NCBI RefSeq assembly: GCF_001194135.2 | Contig: NC_068991.1 | Location: forward strand, 11,533,818 to 11,597,817 | Length of the DNA: 64,000 nucleotides | Reading direction: 5' to 3' | DNA from: Octopus bimaculoides | Taxonomy: Eukaryota | Shown: piece after piece, positions 37,931 to 50,247 of the stretch | Layout: every line of letters begins with the position of its first letter | How positions within the stretch are numbered: position 1 is the stretch's first letter | Notes under the pieces: generated by a model | Seen by the model: the letters and a program-made list of their open reading frames with translations, nothing else | What the model was told of the DNA's origin: nothing | Database searches by the model: none | Program-made: the position numbers and the translations under genes

Positions 37931-38502
37931 TATATATAAATGCAGCAACGAAAATATTTTGGCAAAGTAAATTTAAATGTTGAAGTGAATCTAACGGTTT
38001 TTGTGTGTTTCTTAAATGGCTTATAAACACATTCCACGCTGCAATTGTTTTCGTTCCAGCACACGATCTCAGATCAGGTCACTTGCTATGCAAGTACATC
38101 TCCGTAATATATATATAGGGAGAGAGAAAGAGAGAGAAAGAAAGAGAGAGAGAGAGAGACTGATCTATAGACACACACGTGAAGACCAATTCCTTGAATG
38201 AAATTTTGTAGACCAAAATTCTGTGGTAGGGTTGGATAGCCATCTTTGATCAGGTATATTAAATTGAGCTCAATACGGATTAAAAACACTCAACGGTGAT
38301 GAGTACCGGTATAACCTTTATTACCAGTTCCAATATACATGAGGTTTATTCGAACCCGTAAGAACCCCATTCACTGCATTTGACTACATTTTACTGCGGT
38401 CAGGTCACCGATTAGCCCAGCTTGTTACAGTACATTAACTTGAATATGACAAGAGAGACCTGGCCTTTGGTCGTCAGTTTGGAGCGCCTCTCCATCCCGT
38501 AG

Positions 38503-38545
38503 TCGATGCTGAAGAGGATATAATTACTCCGAAATGCATGAGTTC
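38503..38545 (+). ncRNA. Degenerate hammerhead-like core
   Basis: CTGAAGA(38509)-GGA-TATAATTAC-TCC-GAAA-TGCA-TG: intact core with G-C closed stem II and palindromic ATGCAT, but position 17 is G and stem I is not evident. Confidence 0.35.
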
Positions 38546-39082
38546 AGTGATCTGGGTAGGCGGTGCTCAAGGTTAACTTGGTGTGTTTACACCATTTTAT
38601 CCACAGCGAGAATTTTTCTACATCAGAAAATGCAGTGAATGACTTACTTAACGGTTCGTATATATTTCCCAAGCGTATTTGAACTGGTAACAAGTGTATC
38701 TATTCGTCTTCCGGTTTCACACCATTATATAGCCCTGAGTGTGTCGTTGGCAGTTTTCACTCTGTTGTAAGCATTTAAGCCAGGTTTCCTGTTTGTGGAT
38801 ATCATCCTTCTTTGCTTGTCCCAATTTTGGAGGCCTTGGAAAACGTCACGGTTCCTGGCTGTTCTTTCTCCGCTGAGTAAGCTATAAAAAATATCCTGGA
38901 GTTTATTTAATTAAATAAATCATTCCGTTAAATATTATGGACTTAAGTTTTTACGAGAAATTCTTTTTATGTACGCTATACTTAGCGCAATTCCTTTATC
39001 TTCTCAACTGAAGCCATACGCCGGCTGAAATCCACCATTTTTTTAAAAACAAAGATAAAACTATTTTTAATGTAATCAATGG

Positions 39083-39325
39083 GCGTAGGAGTGGCTGTGT
39101 GGTAAGTAGCTTGCTTACCAGCTACATGGTTCCGGGTTCAATTCCACGTCGGAAAAAGTTTTTAGCAGCCTCTCGTCCCTCTGAGTTCAAATTCCACCAA
39201 GGTCGACTTCTCCTTTCATCCTTTCGGCTTATCGATAAAGTAAGTACTAGTAAAGTGCTGGAGTCGATGACATCACTTTCCCCCTCCCCTCAAAAAAACT
39301 GCTGGCTCAGTGCCAAACTTTGAAA
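39083..39325 (+). mobile_element. Chimeric SINE: family A tRNA head joined to a family B body
   Basis: GGCGTAGGAGTGGCTGTGTGGTAAG...GGGTTCAATTCC followed by CTGAGTTCAAATTCCACCAAGGTCGACTT. Confidence 0.7.
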
Positions 39326-40402
39326 TAATTAATGTTGCGAAAAGCCGCTGAACCGAATAAAAGTTCAGTGTACGCAGTTGAGACGATATTAGATTATGAT
39401 ATCAGTCTACGTATTCTGCTTATCATGCGTACACATTATATAGACAAACTGCTATAGTTTTTGTCTGAGAGATAATCTCTTCAGAAACCAAGCTGTATTA
39501 AAAATATTATAGATGTTGGAGCGAAACGAACTTAATCCAGAAGTGTCCTACGAGAAGATTTGCTGCTCTTGTGGTTGATTACACTCCCGATTCTTTAAAA
39601 GTCGATAAGATACAATATCAATCGTGAGATCAAAGTGAGTCGAATACTTAGAGTTGTTCCCCGTTTCTTCTTTTTTCCTTTGTGTGTGATTTCTGAGTTC
39701 TTGGATGTTAGACTAAACTCCCTGTCTACTTTAACATCACTATTAGGTCCCTGTTTTCCTTTAACGGTTTTCACTGTTTTGCAAGCATTCGAGCCAGCGC
39801 TTTGGCTTTAAGGATACCATGTCCTTCCCTCATTCTAACTGCTGCAGGCCCTGAAAGCAACATATAAACACACACACATATATATATATAAGTGTCGCTC
39901 TTTCTTCTCTGACACGGAGGTGAAAAAAATATACTAGAATTACTTTTTACGTCTGCAATCTACCCCACAAATTAGGGGTATTGCGTTTTTGCTTGATGTC
40001 ATTATTACGTAAAACATTTGAAAAATAAGTACTTTAGATCAAAGCAATGTTTTGGTTGAGTGCTGGAGCACCTGATATTTTAGCAGTCAACAACAACGTG
40101 TGTTGCATTTTTTATCACAAAATTCAAGAGAAACATTAGCTATAGGTATACTTAATGCTCCGTTAAGTAACAATCTTCTGGGTGCCTATCCTACAGCACG
40201 ACCCACATGTGCCGCATAACCTACATAGTCCTTACTCTATGTACACACAGGTAACCTCCCCCGTTTGTACTTTCTAGGACAACAGTAAACAACGAAATTC
40301 TATCTACACATTAAGACATATATGTGTATGCGTTTATATATATGTTGGTAGATATGCCCCTGAACATACGTACGTGCAGATATGTATGCATGCGTATGTC
40401 TG

Positions 40403-40467
<65 letters not shown>

Positions 40468-40794
40468 ATATATATATATGTATGTATGTATATATATTTA
40501 TATATGTATATATGCATGCATGTATGTATATGAATTTATGTACGCATATATTTGTGTACCTGTTCATATAAGTATATATGTACGTGTGTAGGTAGGGAGA
40601 TACGTAAATAAACGGGTGGGAAGCGAACTAGTTGGTAGGTAGTAGGGTAGTAGGGCAGGTATGTATGTACAATGGGATCTGATTGGTTCTTGTGTTTCTA
40701 CACTTCTTTTTATATTATTATTTTTTCTTACTTTATTTGTCATCGTTGCAGTCACTATTCCTGTTTACATAAACAATTACATAATGTCATATGT

Positions 40795-40842
<48 letters not shown>

Positions 40843-40844
40843 TA

Positions 40845-40877
<33 letters not shown>

Positions 40878-41410
40878 ATAAGTTAGGGTAGATTTGTTGG
40901 TGACAACCTTGAGATGTTACGAAGTGTTTACATGTTTTTAGTGTAATGTCTGTATAAAATGATGTTGTTTTGTTCCTAATTCTGTCACGGGTTGTCATGC
41001 TGATGACGGAGGAGTTTGTTATCGAATCCAGTGTATGTCCGCTATTTTATTTTGTCACTCCCTGAAGAATCTTTGACAATGTCGTGTCACCTTGGGCAAA
41101 TGTCTTCTCCTAATAGACTCATGTCGACCAACGTCCTGTGAGAGACATTGGTAGACGGAAACTGTTAGAAGCTCGTCGTATCTATAAAGGAAAAAAAAGT
41201 GTCACTTACTGTAATTGTTTTAAAATTATTGCCCAAGGTTACCTTGGTCTTTTCCGCAGGCTTTTATTTCTACAGATAAATCTAACCTTTCCTCATTTTA
41301 CATTATGACATTTCTGTGATACACGATCCCTATTGATCGGCCTTTTTTGCTTTCGATCCCTTTTGATTGAAATTCTTCCCCCACCTTTTTTGTCTTCTTG
41401 CCAAAAAGAA

Positions 41411-41468
41411 AAGCTCTACTTTGTATGTTGTCTCCTCTATATTCAGCCCTGTGTGGCCAATAAAGAAA
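41411..41468 (+). repeat. Retroposon-like 3' tail module ending CCAATAAAGAAA plus (TATC)n
   Basis: Second copy in reverse at 55359-55425; similar to the linker of the dimeric SINE at about 43500-43545. Confidence 0.55.
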
Positions 41469-41470
41469 CA

Positions 41471-41501
<31 letters not shown>

Positions 41502-41974
41502 TTCTTCCACTCTTTATATGCATGTATATATATATTTGCATGTATTAGAATAGTATAACTTGCATGGATCATTGTCTGGTATAGATAAATGCTTTTAATT
41601 TTTCTCATAAAGCCAAAACAGTGTAAGCTATAAGGAATAATACAAGTCAATGATTTGTACTTTCACTTTGCGTTTCAATATTTCGGCGTGTGTGCTTCTG
41701 AGCTTTTGTTTATCTACCACCCCCGCTCCATCACTTAGCGATCGGTGCTTGCACATTCCTGTAATTTTGAGGTTCGGTAAATGAGATCGATTATATATAC
41801 TGTAGACTTTAAAAGAAGTGCAGCCTGTTCCACTAAATTTAGAAATTGGTGCAGATTGATAATTAACAAACCTAAAATAGCATAATAATAAAATGGCGCC
41901 TATATGGCGTCATTTTGTCATCATCACCGTCCTGTCGATTCTGTCACATGACCGCTTCAGTTAGAGTATAATAA

Positions 41975-42286
41975 CGCAGTTCACCTATCGCCATATCGCA
42001 GTTCACCTATGGTGGTTCGCCTATCGCGGTTCGCCTATCGCGGTTCGCCTATCGCGGTTCGNNNNNNNNNNGTTCGCCTATCGCGGTTCGCCTATCGCGG
42101 TTTATTATTTAAGCTTACGTCGATTCTTTTGCGGTGTTGCTTTGCATTTATAATAAAATGATTATATACAAATTACAATAATAATTAAATATATATATAT
42201 ATAACAGTACTGTTTCTATTTCGTGGATTTTCACCTGACGCGGAGGGTTTTGGGATATAACATCTGCGATATTCGTGAGTTTACTG
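41975..42286. mobile_element. Tigger-type MITE with a tandemly amplified 14-bp subterminal motif (GTTCGCCTATCGCG)n
   Basis: Same family as 18550-18772 in opposite orientation; right end TTTACTG-TA; the array spans a small gap. Confidence 0.7.
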
Positions 42287-42859
42287 TATATTTACTTCCA
42301 AGTCTGGTTGTCAACATGGTGGAATTTTGTACCTCTCAGTCATCCCTAACCAGCCCGATTAATGATTAAAGACGTTCCCACTGTGTCTACTACATATATT
42401 TGTACATCCATGAATTTAGTTCACAATCTGGTGGTGGTAGAGACGGTGGTGGTAGAGATGGTGGTGGTAGAGATGGTGGTGGTAGAGATGGTGGTGGTAG
42501 AGATGGTGGTGATGGTGGTGGGTGGTGGGGGTAGTAGTAGTAGTAGCAGCACCAGTAGTAGTAGTAGCGGTGGTGGTGGTAGTTGTAATAGTAGTAGTAG
42601 TAGTAGTAGTAGTAAAAAGTTTCTTGTTCGACGGCGTAAAAGACGCGTATTTATACGCACCCCCAGCGGATATTCTGAAGAAAAACAAGGTTTTTGGTGC
42701 ATAAAGTCATATAGTATAGGGCTAACTTCACATAGAGAAGCCAGAGTGGGGTTTTTGACACATTTTCTTGTTCTTAGTTTTAAACGCACATATTATAGGC
42801 TATTAAATGATATAACTGTTAATTTACGATTAATAACCATGGTACGTTTCTTATTCCTG

Positions 42860-43270
42860 TAATCTTATTAATCCCATAATTCTCATATTCCCGTAGTTCA
42901 GTGTTTCGATATTCCGATAATCCGATAATCCGATTTTCCAATATTCTGATATTTCGATATTACAATAGTTCAGTATTCTGATATTCTGATATTCTGATAT
43001 TCCGATATATCAGTAATCCAATAGATCAATATTCCTTCCATCCAATGTATTTATGATTTCCCATTATTACAATTTTCCATTATTCTGATGTTTCAGAATT
43101 ATTATATTCCGAAAATTTTAATTTTCTTTTTGTCGTCCAGTATTCGTATATCCTTATATCCCATTACTATGATAATCCAATACCCGGTATTCCAATATTC
43201 CGAACATTGTAGTACTAATATTCCGATATTCTTATAATAAAAAATACTTATATTCCAATATTTCAATATT
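42860..43270. repeat. Degenerate ~8-bp satellite (ATATTCCG/ATATTCTG)
   Basis: For example TATTCTGATATTCTGATATTCTGATATTCCGATA at 42975-43010. Confidence 0.75.
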
Positions 43271-43314
43271 TTTACATTTAATGGCCTTTACTTTAGTTAA
43301 TATATCCTTCTCGA

Positions 43315-43749
43315 AGCAGCGAGCTGGCCGAATCGTTAGCACACCGGGCGAAATGCTTAACGGTATTTCGTCTGCCGTTACGTTCTGGGATCAGATTCCG
43401 CCGAAGTCGTCTTTGCCTTTCATCCTTCCGGGGTCGATAAATTAAGTACCAATTACGCACTGGGACTGATGTAATCGGCTTAATCCCTTTGTTTGTCCTT
43501 GTTTGTCCCCTCTATGTTTATCCCCTTGTGGGCAATAAAGAAATGAGAAACGTTAGCACGCTGGGCGAAATGCTTAGCAGTATTTCGTCTGTCTTTATGT
43601 TCTGAGTTCAAATTCCGCCGAGGTCGACTTTGCCTTTAATCCTTTCGGGGGCGATAAATTAAGTACCAGTCGCGTACTGGGGTCGATCTTATCGACTGGT
43701 TCCCTCCCCCCAAATTTCGGGCCTTCTGCCAAGTGTAGAAAAGAATATT
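43315..43749 (+). mobile_element. Dimeric SINE (B monomer, linker, 5'-trimmed B monomer) with 10-bp TSD
   Basis: TCCTTCTCGA at 43305-43314 and 43750-43759; same architecture at 61810-62212 on the minus strand. Confidence 0.85.
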
Positions 43750-43902
43750 TCCTTCTCGAGCCATGCCAGGCTCATGAGGGCCGGTTTCCCAGTTTCAAAG
43801 ACGTATAAATTCCCCACCTGGACTGGACGCTGGTCGGTCTCAGCGTTACTCATTTTTGCCAGCTGAGTGGACTGGAGCAACGTGAAATGAAGTGTTTTGT
43901 TC
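43750..43902 (-). mobile_element. SINE 3' portion with a central module shared with 60988-61040
   Basis: Reverse complement ...CACTTCATTTCACGTTGCTCCAGTCCACTCAGCTGGCAAAAATGAGT then a distinct tail ...ATGAGCCTGGCATGGCTCGAGAAGG. Confidence 0.7.
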
Positions 43903-43904
43903 CA

Positions 43905-44700
43905 TCATTCAATGTTCCATCATTTAATATTCGTCACTCAATGTTCTGTCTCTCACTTTTCCATCAATGAGCGTTCCATCACTCAAGTTTCCACCACTCA
44001 AATGACCATCCCTCTACGCACGTCACGCAATGTTTTTTGTCAATGATCCGTCACTCAATGTTCCATCACTGAATACGCCATGTTCCATCATTCAATTTTC
44101 CATTACTCACTGTTCAATCACTCAATGTTCCATCACTCATTATTCCGTCACTCAAAGTTCCATCACTCAATGTTCCGTCACCGAAATGTACATCACTCCA
44201 TGTTCCATCATTCATTATTCCATTACTCACTGTTCAATCACTCAATACTGCATCACTCATATGTCCACCCCACATTATTCCGTCGCTCAATGTTCCGTCT
44301 TAATGTTCTATGCCTCAAATATCAATCGCTCCATGTTCCACCACTCAATGTTCCGTCGCTGAATGTTCCGTCACTCAATGTTCTGTCATTCAATGTTTCA
44401 TCGCTTAAATGTTCATCACTCAATATTATTTCACTCAACATTATTTACTCAATATTGCAGCACTCACATGTCCATTACTCCATATTTGGTCACTCGATAA
44501 TTCACCATGAAAATTTTCCTCACTTAATATTCCATGATCAACATCGAGAGATGGAAAAATCGATGTTTCAACACGCAATTTTATTTTCCATGATTCAGTG
44601 CCTTACACAATTTTTCTTAACTCAATATTTCGTCACTGGATGTTCCATCACTCAACGTTCTCTCATTCATTATTATCACTCAACGGTCTTAAATTCAATG
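43905..44700. repeat. Degenerate 15-bp minisatellite (consensus near TCACTCAATGTTCCA)
   Basis: Period-5 peptide repeats (MFHHS, VPSLN) in overlapping ORFs reflect the 15-nt unit. Confidence 0.85.
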
Positions 44701-44929
44701 TTTTGCTACTCAGGGCGCTAAGTCGAAGCTTCTTGTGTAATATCAGTATCAGACGATTGAATGAAATCTCAGTAAATAAGAAGTAATTTACCTTATTGAC
44801 AGTGGACGGATGATGGGCAAAATTAATATCCGTTTGATTTGAACTTATTTGTAAACAATCAGAATTAAATGCAGCAGAGAATTTTGTCACACGAAATGCT
44901 TTGCGGAATTTACTTCCGGTTGTGTATTC

Positions 44930-45560
44930 CTGATCTATGTACGAAAGAGTGTTGTTGGGATGATGTAGATGTGACTGATTTGAGTAGAAGAGTTGGTGTT
45001 GTGATGAGGGTATTGTAAATTGTGCTTGTCCTTAGTGGGAGAGTTAGGGGCAGTGGTGGACTGGGTTTAGAAGTATTGGTTGCCGCAACTACGAAGAGGC
45101 CCACCCGCAACTAGAATGCTATCATTTAATACTAGCCGTCAAAGGTGTAACCAGACTTAAATAGTAGCATCTGTTGTTGGCCATGTTGTATTCATGCAGG
45201 TAGTCTTCATAGATACTTTGCTCACTATTGCAATGAGTGAAACTGATTGCATTGTAGGTCATCATAAGATATTAGCACGACGCTCAAGAAACACTAATGG
45301 TCAGAGACTTAAATACTGCAGACTCTTGGTATGCGTAAGGGCTGTGGCTGCCCCTCCCAGTTATCAAACTGAAAGTTGGAAGAGTATCACTCATGTCGTG
45401 AGCGGCTATGAATGAGAAATTCTCCTCCTTAAGCTCCAGACATTGTAATAGTACTGTTGAAACCATTGGCTTCAAGGCTAATATCAAAGCTGGTTTCATG
45501 AAAGCTATAGTACAATTGGTAGATAGTAGACTCCTGAATGATATTGGCAAATCAATCAGA
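44930..45560 (-). mobile_element. Heavily degraded CR1/Jockey-like RT fragments
   Basis: SVSLIAIVSKV at about 45200-45245 resembles RPISLLSIVSKV; QQHSFVHRS at about 44940 resembles the C-terminal SFxPR motif; many stops and frameshifts. Confidence 0.35.
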
Positions 45561-45789
45561 GCAACCCTGGGAAATTTGTTATTGTATATTCTTTAACAGA
45601 AATTGTGAGCTTTTCGGAGCAAGTTTCAGTCTGCCGTACATGTCCTGAAAAATAAATGGCGAATTGTTCAGATGCCTGCAGACAGGCTTAACATGATAAG
45701 GACAATTTCTTCAATGCATTTCAATATAGACTATGCAACATCTCAGTTGTGCGGTCCGAAGTACATGGCAATGACCATGGGCTTTGCAG

Positions 45790-46140
45790 GTCTTCCTAAA
45801 TCAACTAGACTGAAGTCGTTAATGTTTCTCAAGAATCTTTGTAAGTGAACACCTGACGAAATGATATGAACTGAGATGGAGTGCCAAAGGGTTAATGCTC
45901 GGGGACGGAAGGACTTGGTGTTGTAATTAGCACGGGGCCTGGCAGGGATGGGGGGATAGGGATTAGACACAACTGGGGTGATTAAACGAGGAGAGACGAT
46001 GGATCAAGAATACATGAGATGAGGGGTCATGAACCAGAGTCAGTTTCGAGGTACAGAGGTCATTATAGTATCGGTAGAAAAGGAAGCATGAAAAGTCAGT
46101 GAATCTGTGATTCAGAGGCTTGAGGATGTTCCATCGTATT
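45790..46140 (-). mobile_element. CR1-like LINE ORF2 C-terminus
   Basis: LKPLNHRFTDFSCFLFYRYYNDLCTSKL, then in another frame NYNTKSFRPRALTLWHSISVHIISSGVHLQRFLRNIN, matching LxPLxHRR...LFYRYY..C and SFxPRTxxLWNSL motifs. Confidence 0.75.
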
Positions 46141-47089
46141 TTATGATATACGGCATTGTCGAAATATTCAGCTTTATTTCATAACGTTAGGGAAATAAAT
46201 ACAGCATGACATACACGCTTTGTATTGTAGTATGAGATGGAGTAATTGTGAATTATTCAGTAGCATAGTGTAGTATATAGTATGGCAAGTGTTTAGGCTG
46301 AAGCATACAAGAGTGTATTGTATATTAATGTAGAATGACATAAGAGAATGTTGAAGAGTAAAGCAGTAAAACTTGGTATAATCTAACGTTTGGTGTGGCT
46401 CCAATATTGTCGCGTTTGCAGCGGACTTTGAAGCTATTCCTGAAGATCATATTTAATTGAAATATTCTATTTCCGTTTTACACTCTTCGTTCCATACGCA
46501 GGAAGTTAACCTAGCTGGCAAAGCTTGGAGAGAGAGGAACAAAAACAAACCACATTGCCAAAATGCTGTTATTGTTGCTGTTGCATTTGTAGTAGTAGTA
46601 GTAGTAGTATTAGTATCAGTAGTAGTAGTAGTAGTAGAGTTAGTAGTAGTAGTAGTAGCTGTTGTTGGTGTTTGCTTTTGTTTTTTGCTGTTCTTGTTAT
46701 TATCATTGCTTCTAATATTGGTGTTCTTTCTCATTATTTTTCTCATGAATACTTTCATATTTACAACTTTATATCAAGGTAGGATGTTTTTTCTTATGGT
46801 TTTTAACACCAAGAATTATACTTATGCATGTGAAGTTCACATGTGCTTCTGTTTTTCTTTTCAACATTCGCTTGGCTTGTTGCAAATTGCGACGTTCTCA
46901 GAAAGTAAAAGGCAACGAATATATTTGGTTTGGTTTTAATTTGGGAAGGAAAGGCAATACTTTTGAATATTCTACAGGACCTTCGGGGATCGAGGTGTGT
47001 GTGGGGAGGGAGTAGAAGGTGAGGAATTATTCCCAGATTAAAGACCTGATCCAAATACTTTCCACAGAACGAGCTCTGCTTTGCTGCAG

Positions 47090-47123
47090 GTACCCGAGAT
47101 CCACGTTGTAAATGTTAAATCAG
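47090..47123 (+). other. Candidate 34-nt internal exon (VPEIHVVNVKS), unverified
   Basis: CTCTGCTTTGCTGCAG acceptor, CAG|GTAATG donor, only one open frame; no homology recognised. Confidence 0.15.
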
Positions 47124-48591
47124 GTAATGGAATAAGTATAACAATAAAGAACAGGAAAGTTACCCCTACCTCCACCCGCCACCTCACGATGAGCCTCCGC
47201 ACAGTAATCTTCTACCCAATTCAATTACAATACTTCAGTAAAAATAAAGCTATAGTAGAAAATACTTGATCTAGGTACCGTGCAGTGAATTCGAACCGCG
47301 AACTATGTTATTGCAAAACAAACTTCCTAACTGCACGATCACGACAGTAATTGCTACTAGATAATAAAATAGGTAGGGGCAACGTGGTAACTGCGAAGTC
47401 TATTTTATTACGTTGAATAAATATATCTTACATTGAATCCATACGTATTTGCTTAACGATTATTTTTCATAGATATACATATTTACTTGTTTTTCTTTCT
47501 TAATTTACCATCTATGTCAGTGCATTTTCTGCCCATCTTGAAGTGTTATTAACATACTGTTTGCATAAATATTTTGTTTTTGTTTACAAATATATTAATG
47601 GTACGCATTAAACCAAATTCTTATTTACATCGAAAAATGAAAACGGCGTAAAGGAAAAAAACGCAATGAAGAACTAAAAGAAAAATAGGTTTTTGAGGTA
47701 TTCTATTGATTGACGAAGTTCCTAAAAGAATTTCTGTTATTGTGGTTGTTGCTGTTGTCTTGTAAACAAAATCAGAATTGGTAAACAACTTTGATAAACA
47801 GGATATATGTAATTTTGCTAATTCGGTAAGGTTTACAATTAATGAGGGAGTGAGAAAGGTGGAGAGAACGAGAAAGGCGAACTCGTGATTTCATTCTGAA
47901 ATTGGCGCCATTGTAGAACTGACTTTCATTTTACTTCAAAAGCAAGATATGCTTCAACCCTGATCAGCTGCAGATCATTTACAAAGTTTATGAAAGATAC
48001 ATGTTGAGTATTGCTCGTTTATACATATGAGTTACGTAAAACATGTTCAGATTAGCTTGGAAACATATGTAGTACGGAATTACCTTCTTTTCTTACACAC
48101 TTTAATTCGTTTATAAATATATATGAATATATACATGTGCGTGTATGTACATACATACACAGACACACATACTCACATATACATACATACACATACACAC
48201 TTATATATGTATATAAGTATACATTTATTTGCCGTCATATATGAACACTCATCTATATTTCCTCAGAATTCAACTTCAAAATATTAAAGGGCGAATGAAA
48301 ATGCTAGCCTGAGTTGGCGAAATCAAATTAAATAGCACTAAAACATATTACCTTGCTTGATCTTGTAGTTTGGGATATAGAAAGAACGCACTCTTTGCCA
48401 AATTAGAAGTGAACAGTATAAATAGCACAGGACACTGTAAACTAATTGAAGAATTAAAACAGGTTCATTGCAAATCCACGTCATCATTGCTGTTGTTTTT
48501 CTGTCCTATGAAAAAATATAACCTGCTTCGCTGCTTAGACTGCAATCAAATAACTTAAACATGTTCACACAGAGAGAAAATATTTCAGTGT

Positions 48592-48960
48592 CTCACTCTC
48601 TACAAAGCTAAAATGAGGCCCATTTTAGATTACGGTCTACATTTATAGATACCTCTGCTCCACAACTTTGTATTCTTGTCAGCTCCGAAAGGACAATCAT
48701 CTTTTATTGATAATAATGCAACTCTCTAAAATACAACAGTTACCCTCTTGTTTCTTTATTACAACATTCTTTCCATCTCTGACCTAGCTCGCTTCACAGA
48801 CTATTCCCTCAGGTTGACTCGGACCAGTCGTGTTTGATTTTTCGCTTCCTCTATCCCTCAATGAATAATTTGTACAGTCAATGTTCTCCAGAATTACAAC
48901 AGTTTAGTAATATTACCTTGCTCAATTGTCCTCTTACGATATCGACTTCTTAGTGTTGAG
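48592..48960 (+). mobile_element. Degraded CR1-like LINE ORF2 C-terminal fragment
   Basis: LTLYKAKMRPILDYGLHL* matches the LTLYKAQIRPxLEYxxHxW motif; downstream frame broken. Confidence 0.65.
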
Positions 48961-49627
48961 TCTAAGAATCAGTGGTATCCATTATTCGTAGATTGGTTCA
49001 AGAATACCTTCTTTTGTAGAAATATATTATATCTGTAAATTTAGACTTAATCTTTCATATGTTCTCTCACTCATTAGAAAAATACATTGCATAATAACAC
49101 ACACACACATACACACACAAAGGAGGTTTGAGTGGTTCTCTCTCCCCTTGTGTTTGTGTGTGTGGGTGTGTGTTTAAAAATATTTCAAAATTTCTTGATA
49201 GAGCCACTATTTTCTTATCAGTTTCTTTATACTTAAAATAATTACATTAACAAATTCTAAACGAAGCAACACAAAGGCTTTCCGCTGTTTTCAATTTTTC
49301 AAACGCTCTTGTTTTAAGATAACCAGTATACAAGTAGCTGCTCAAAATAGCGGCTTTCACAATTTCCAGTTTAGTTTCGAATTTAGAGCTCGCGTTAAAA
49401 TTTTCTTCTTTTCTTTTCGAAATTAATCATTTTATTTCTTAATTTTGAACAACCTACCAAAAACCAAACAAACAACAAAATTACTATTTGTACATCGGTG
49501 TGGAAGTTCACTGTCGTGTTAAGCAGAAACAATTCACATTGCATTGTTGGTACATCATCCAGTAAACAAGAAATTTTTTTTATTTTCAATTTATATTTGT
49601 ATTAATCTTCCATTCCTTTGCATTCTA

Positions 49628-49923
49628 CAGGATGTCCACAAAGTCTGGGTACTTAGGGATTAACACATACTTAAAGAAATTATTATTTCTTATATTTAAT
49701 TGTTCATGTTATGATTTTATTTACTCCATGTACCCACATGGGGATTAACACATACTTTAAGAAATTATTATTTCTTATATTTAATTGTTCATGTTATGAT
49801 TTTATTTACTCCATGTACCCACATGGGGATTAACACATACTTAAGAAATTATTATTTCTTATATTTAATTGTTCATGTTATGATTTTATTTGCTCCATGT
49901 ACCCAGACTTTGTGGACACCCTG
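49628..49923. mobile_element. Tc1/mariner-type MITE with TA TSD, 25-bp TIRs and three tandem ~85-bp internal units
   Basis: TA-CAGGATGTCCACAAAGTCTGGGTAC...GTACCCAGACTTTGTGGACACCCTG-TA; units start at 49656, 49741 and 49826. Confidence 0.9.
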
Positions 49924-50247
49924 TATAATTATTAGGTTTTACTGTGTTTAATGGATTCACACGTCGCACACTGAAGCTCTTCAGATTTTGTTGCTTGCAT
50001 TATTCTTCCATGTTACGTGAAATGGCTTTTAAGATTGTGGAAGGCTAAAATTTTTATGTCGACTCTACATTATAGAGCAAGGTTGAATGTAGAAGCATGT
50101 CTCTTTCGGACTCTGTCTCTTTTCCTCTCTCTTTCTCTGTATACATACAGTTAAGATATGTATCTTCCTGCATATAATCACGCACACACATCCACACACA
50201 CACTCACGCACACACAAACATATATATACAAATATGTATATATATAT

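Noticed and set aside
44030-44721. His/Ser-rich pentapeptide-repeat ORFs (MFHHS...)
   Set aside because: They reflect a 15-bp minisatellite that is open in several frames, with no evidence of codon-level constraint.
46432-46475. CTGAAGA...GAAA as a hammerhead
   Set aside because: It has no convincing stem II and no stem I complementarity.
49656-49910. CRISPR-like regular repeats
   Set aside because: The units are contiguous with no unique spacers, lie inside MITE TIRs, and are in a eukaryotic context.
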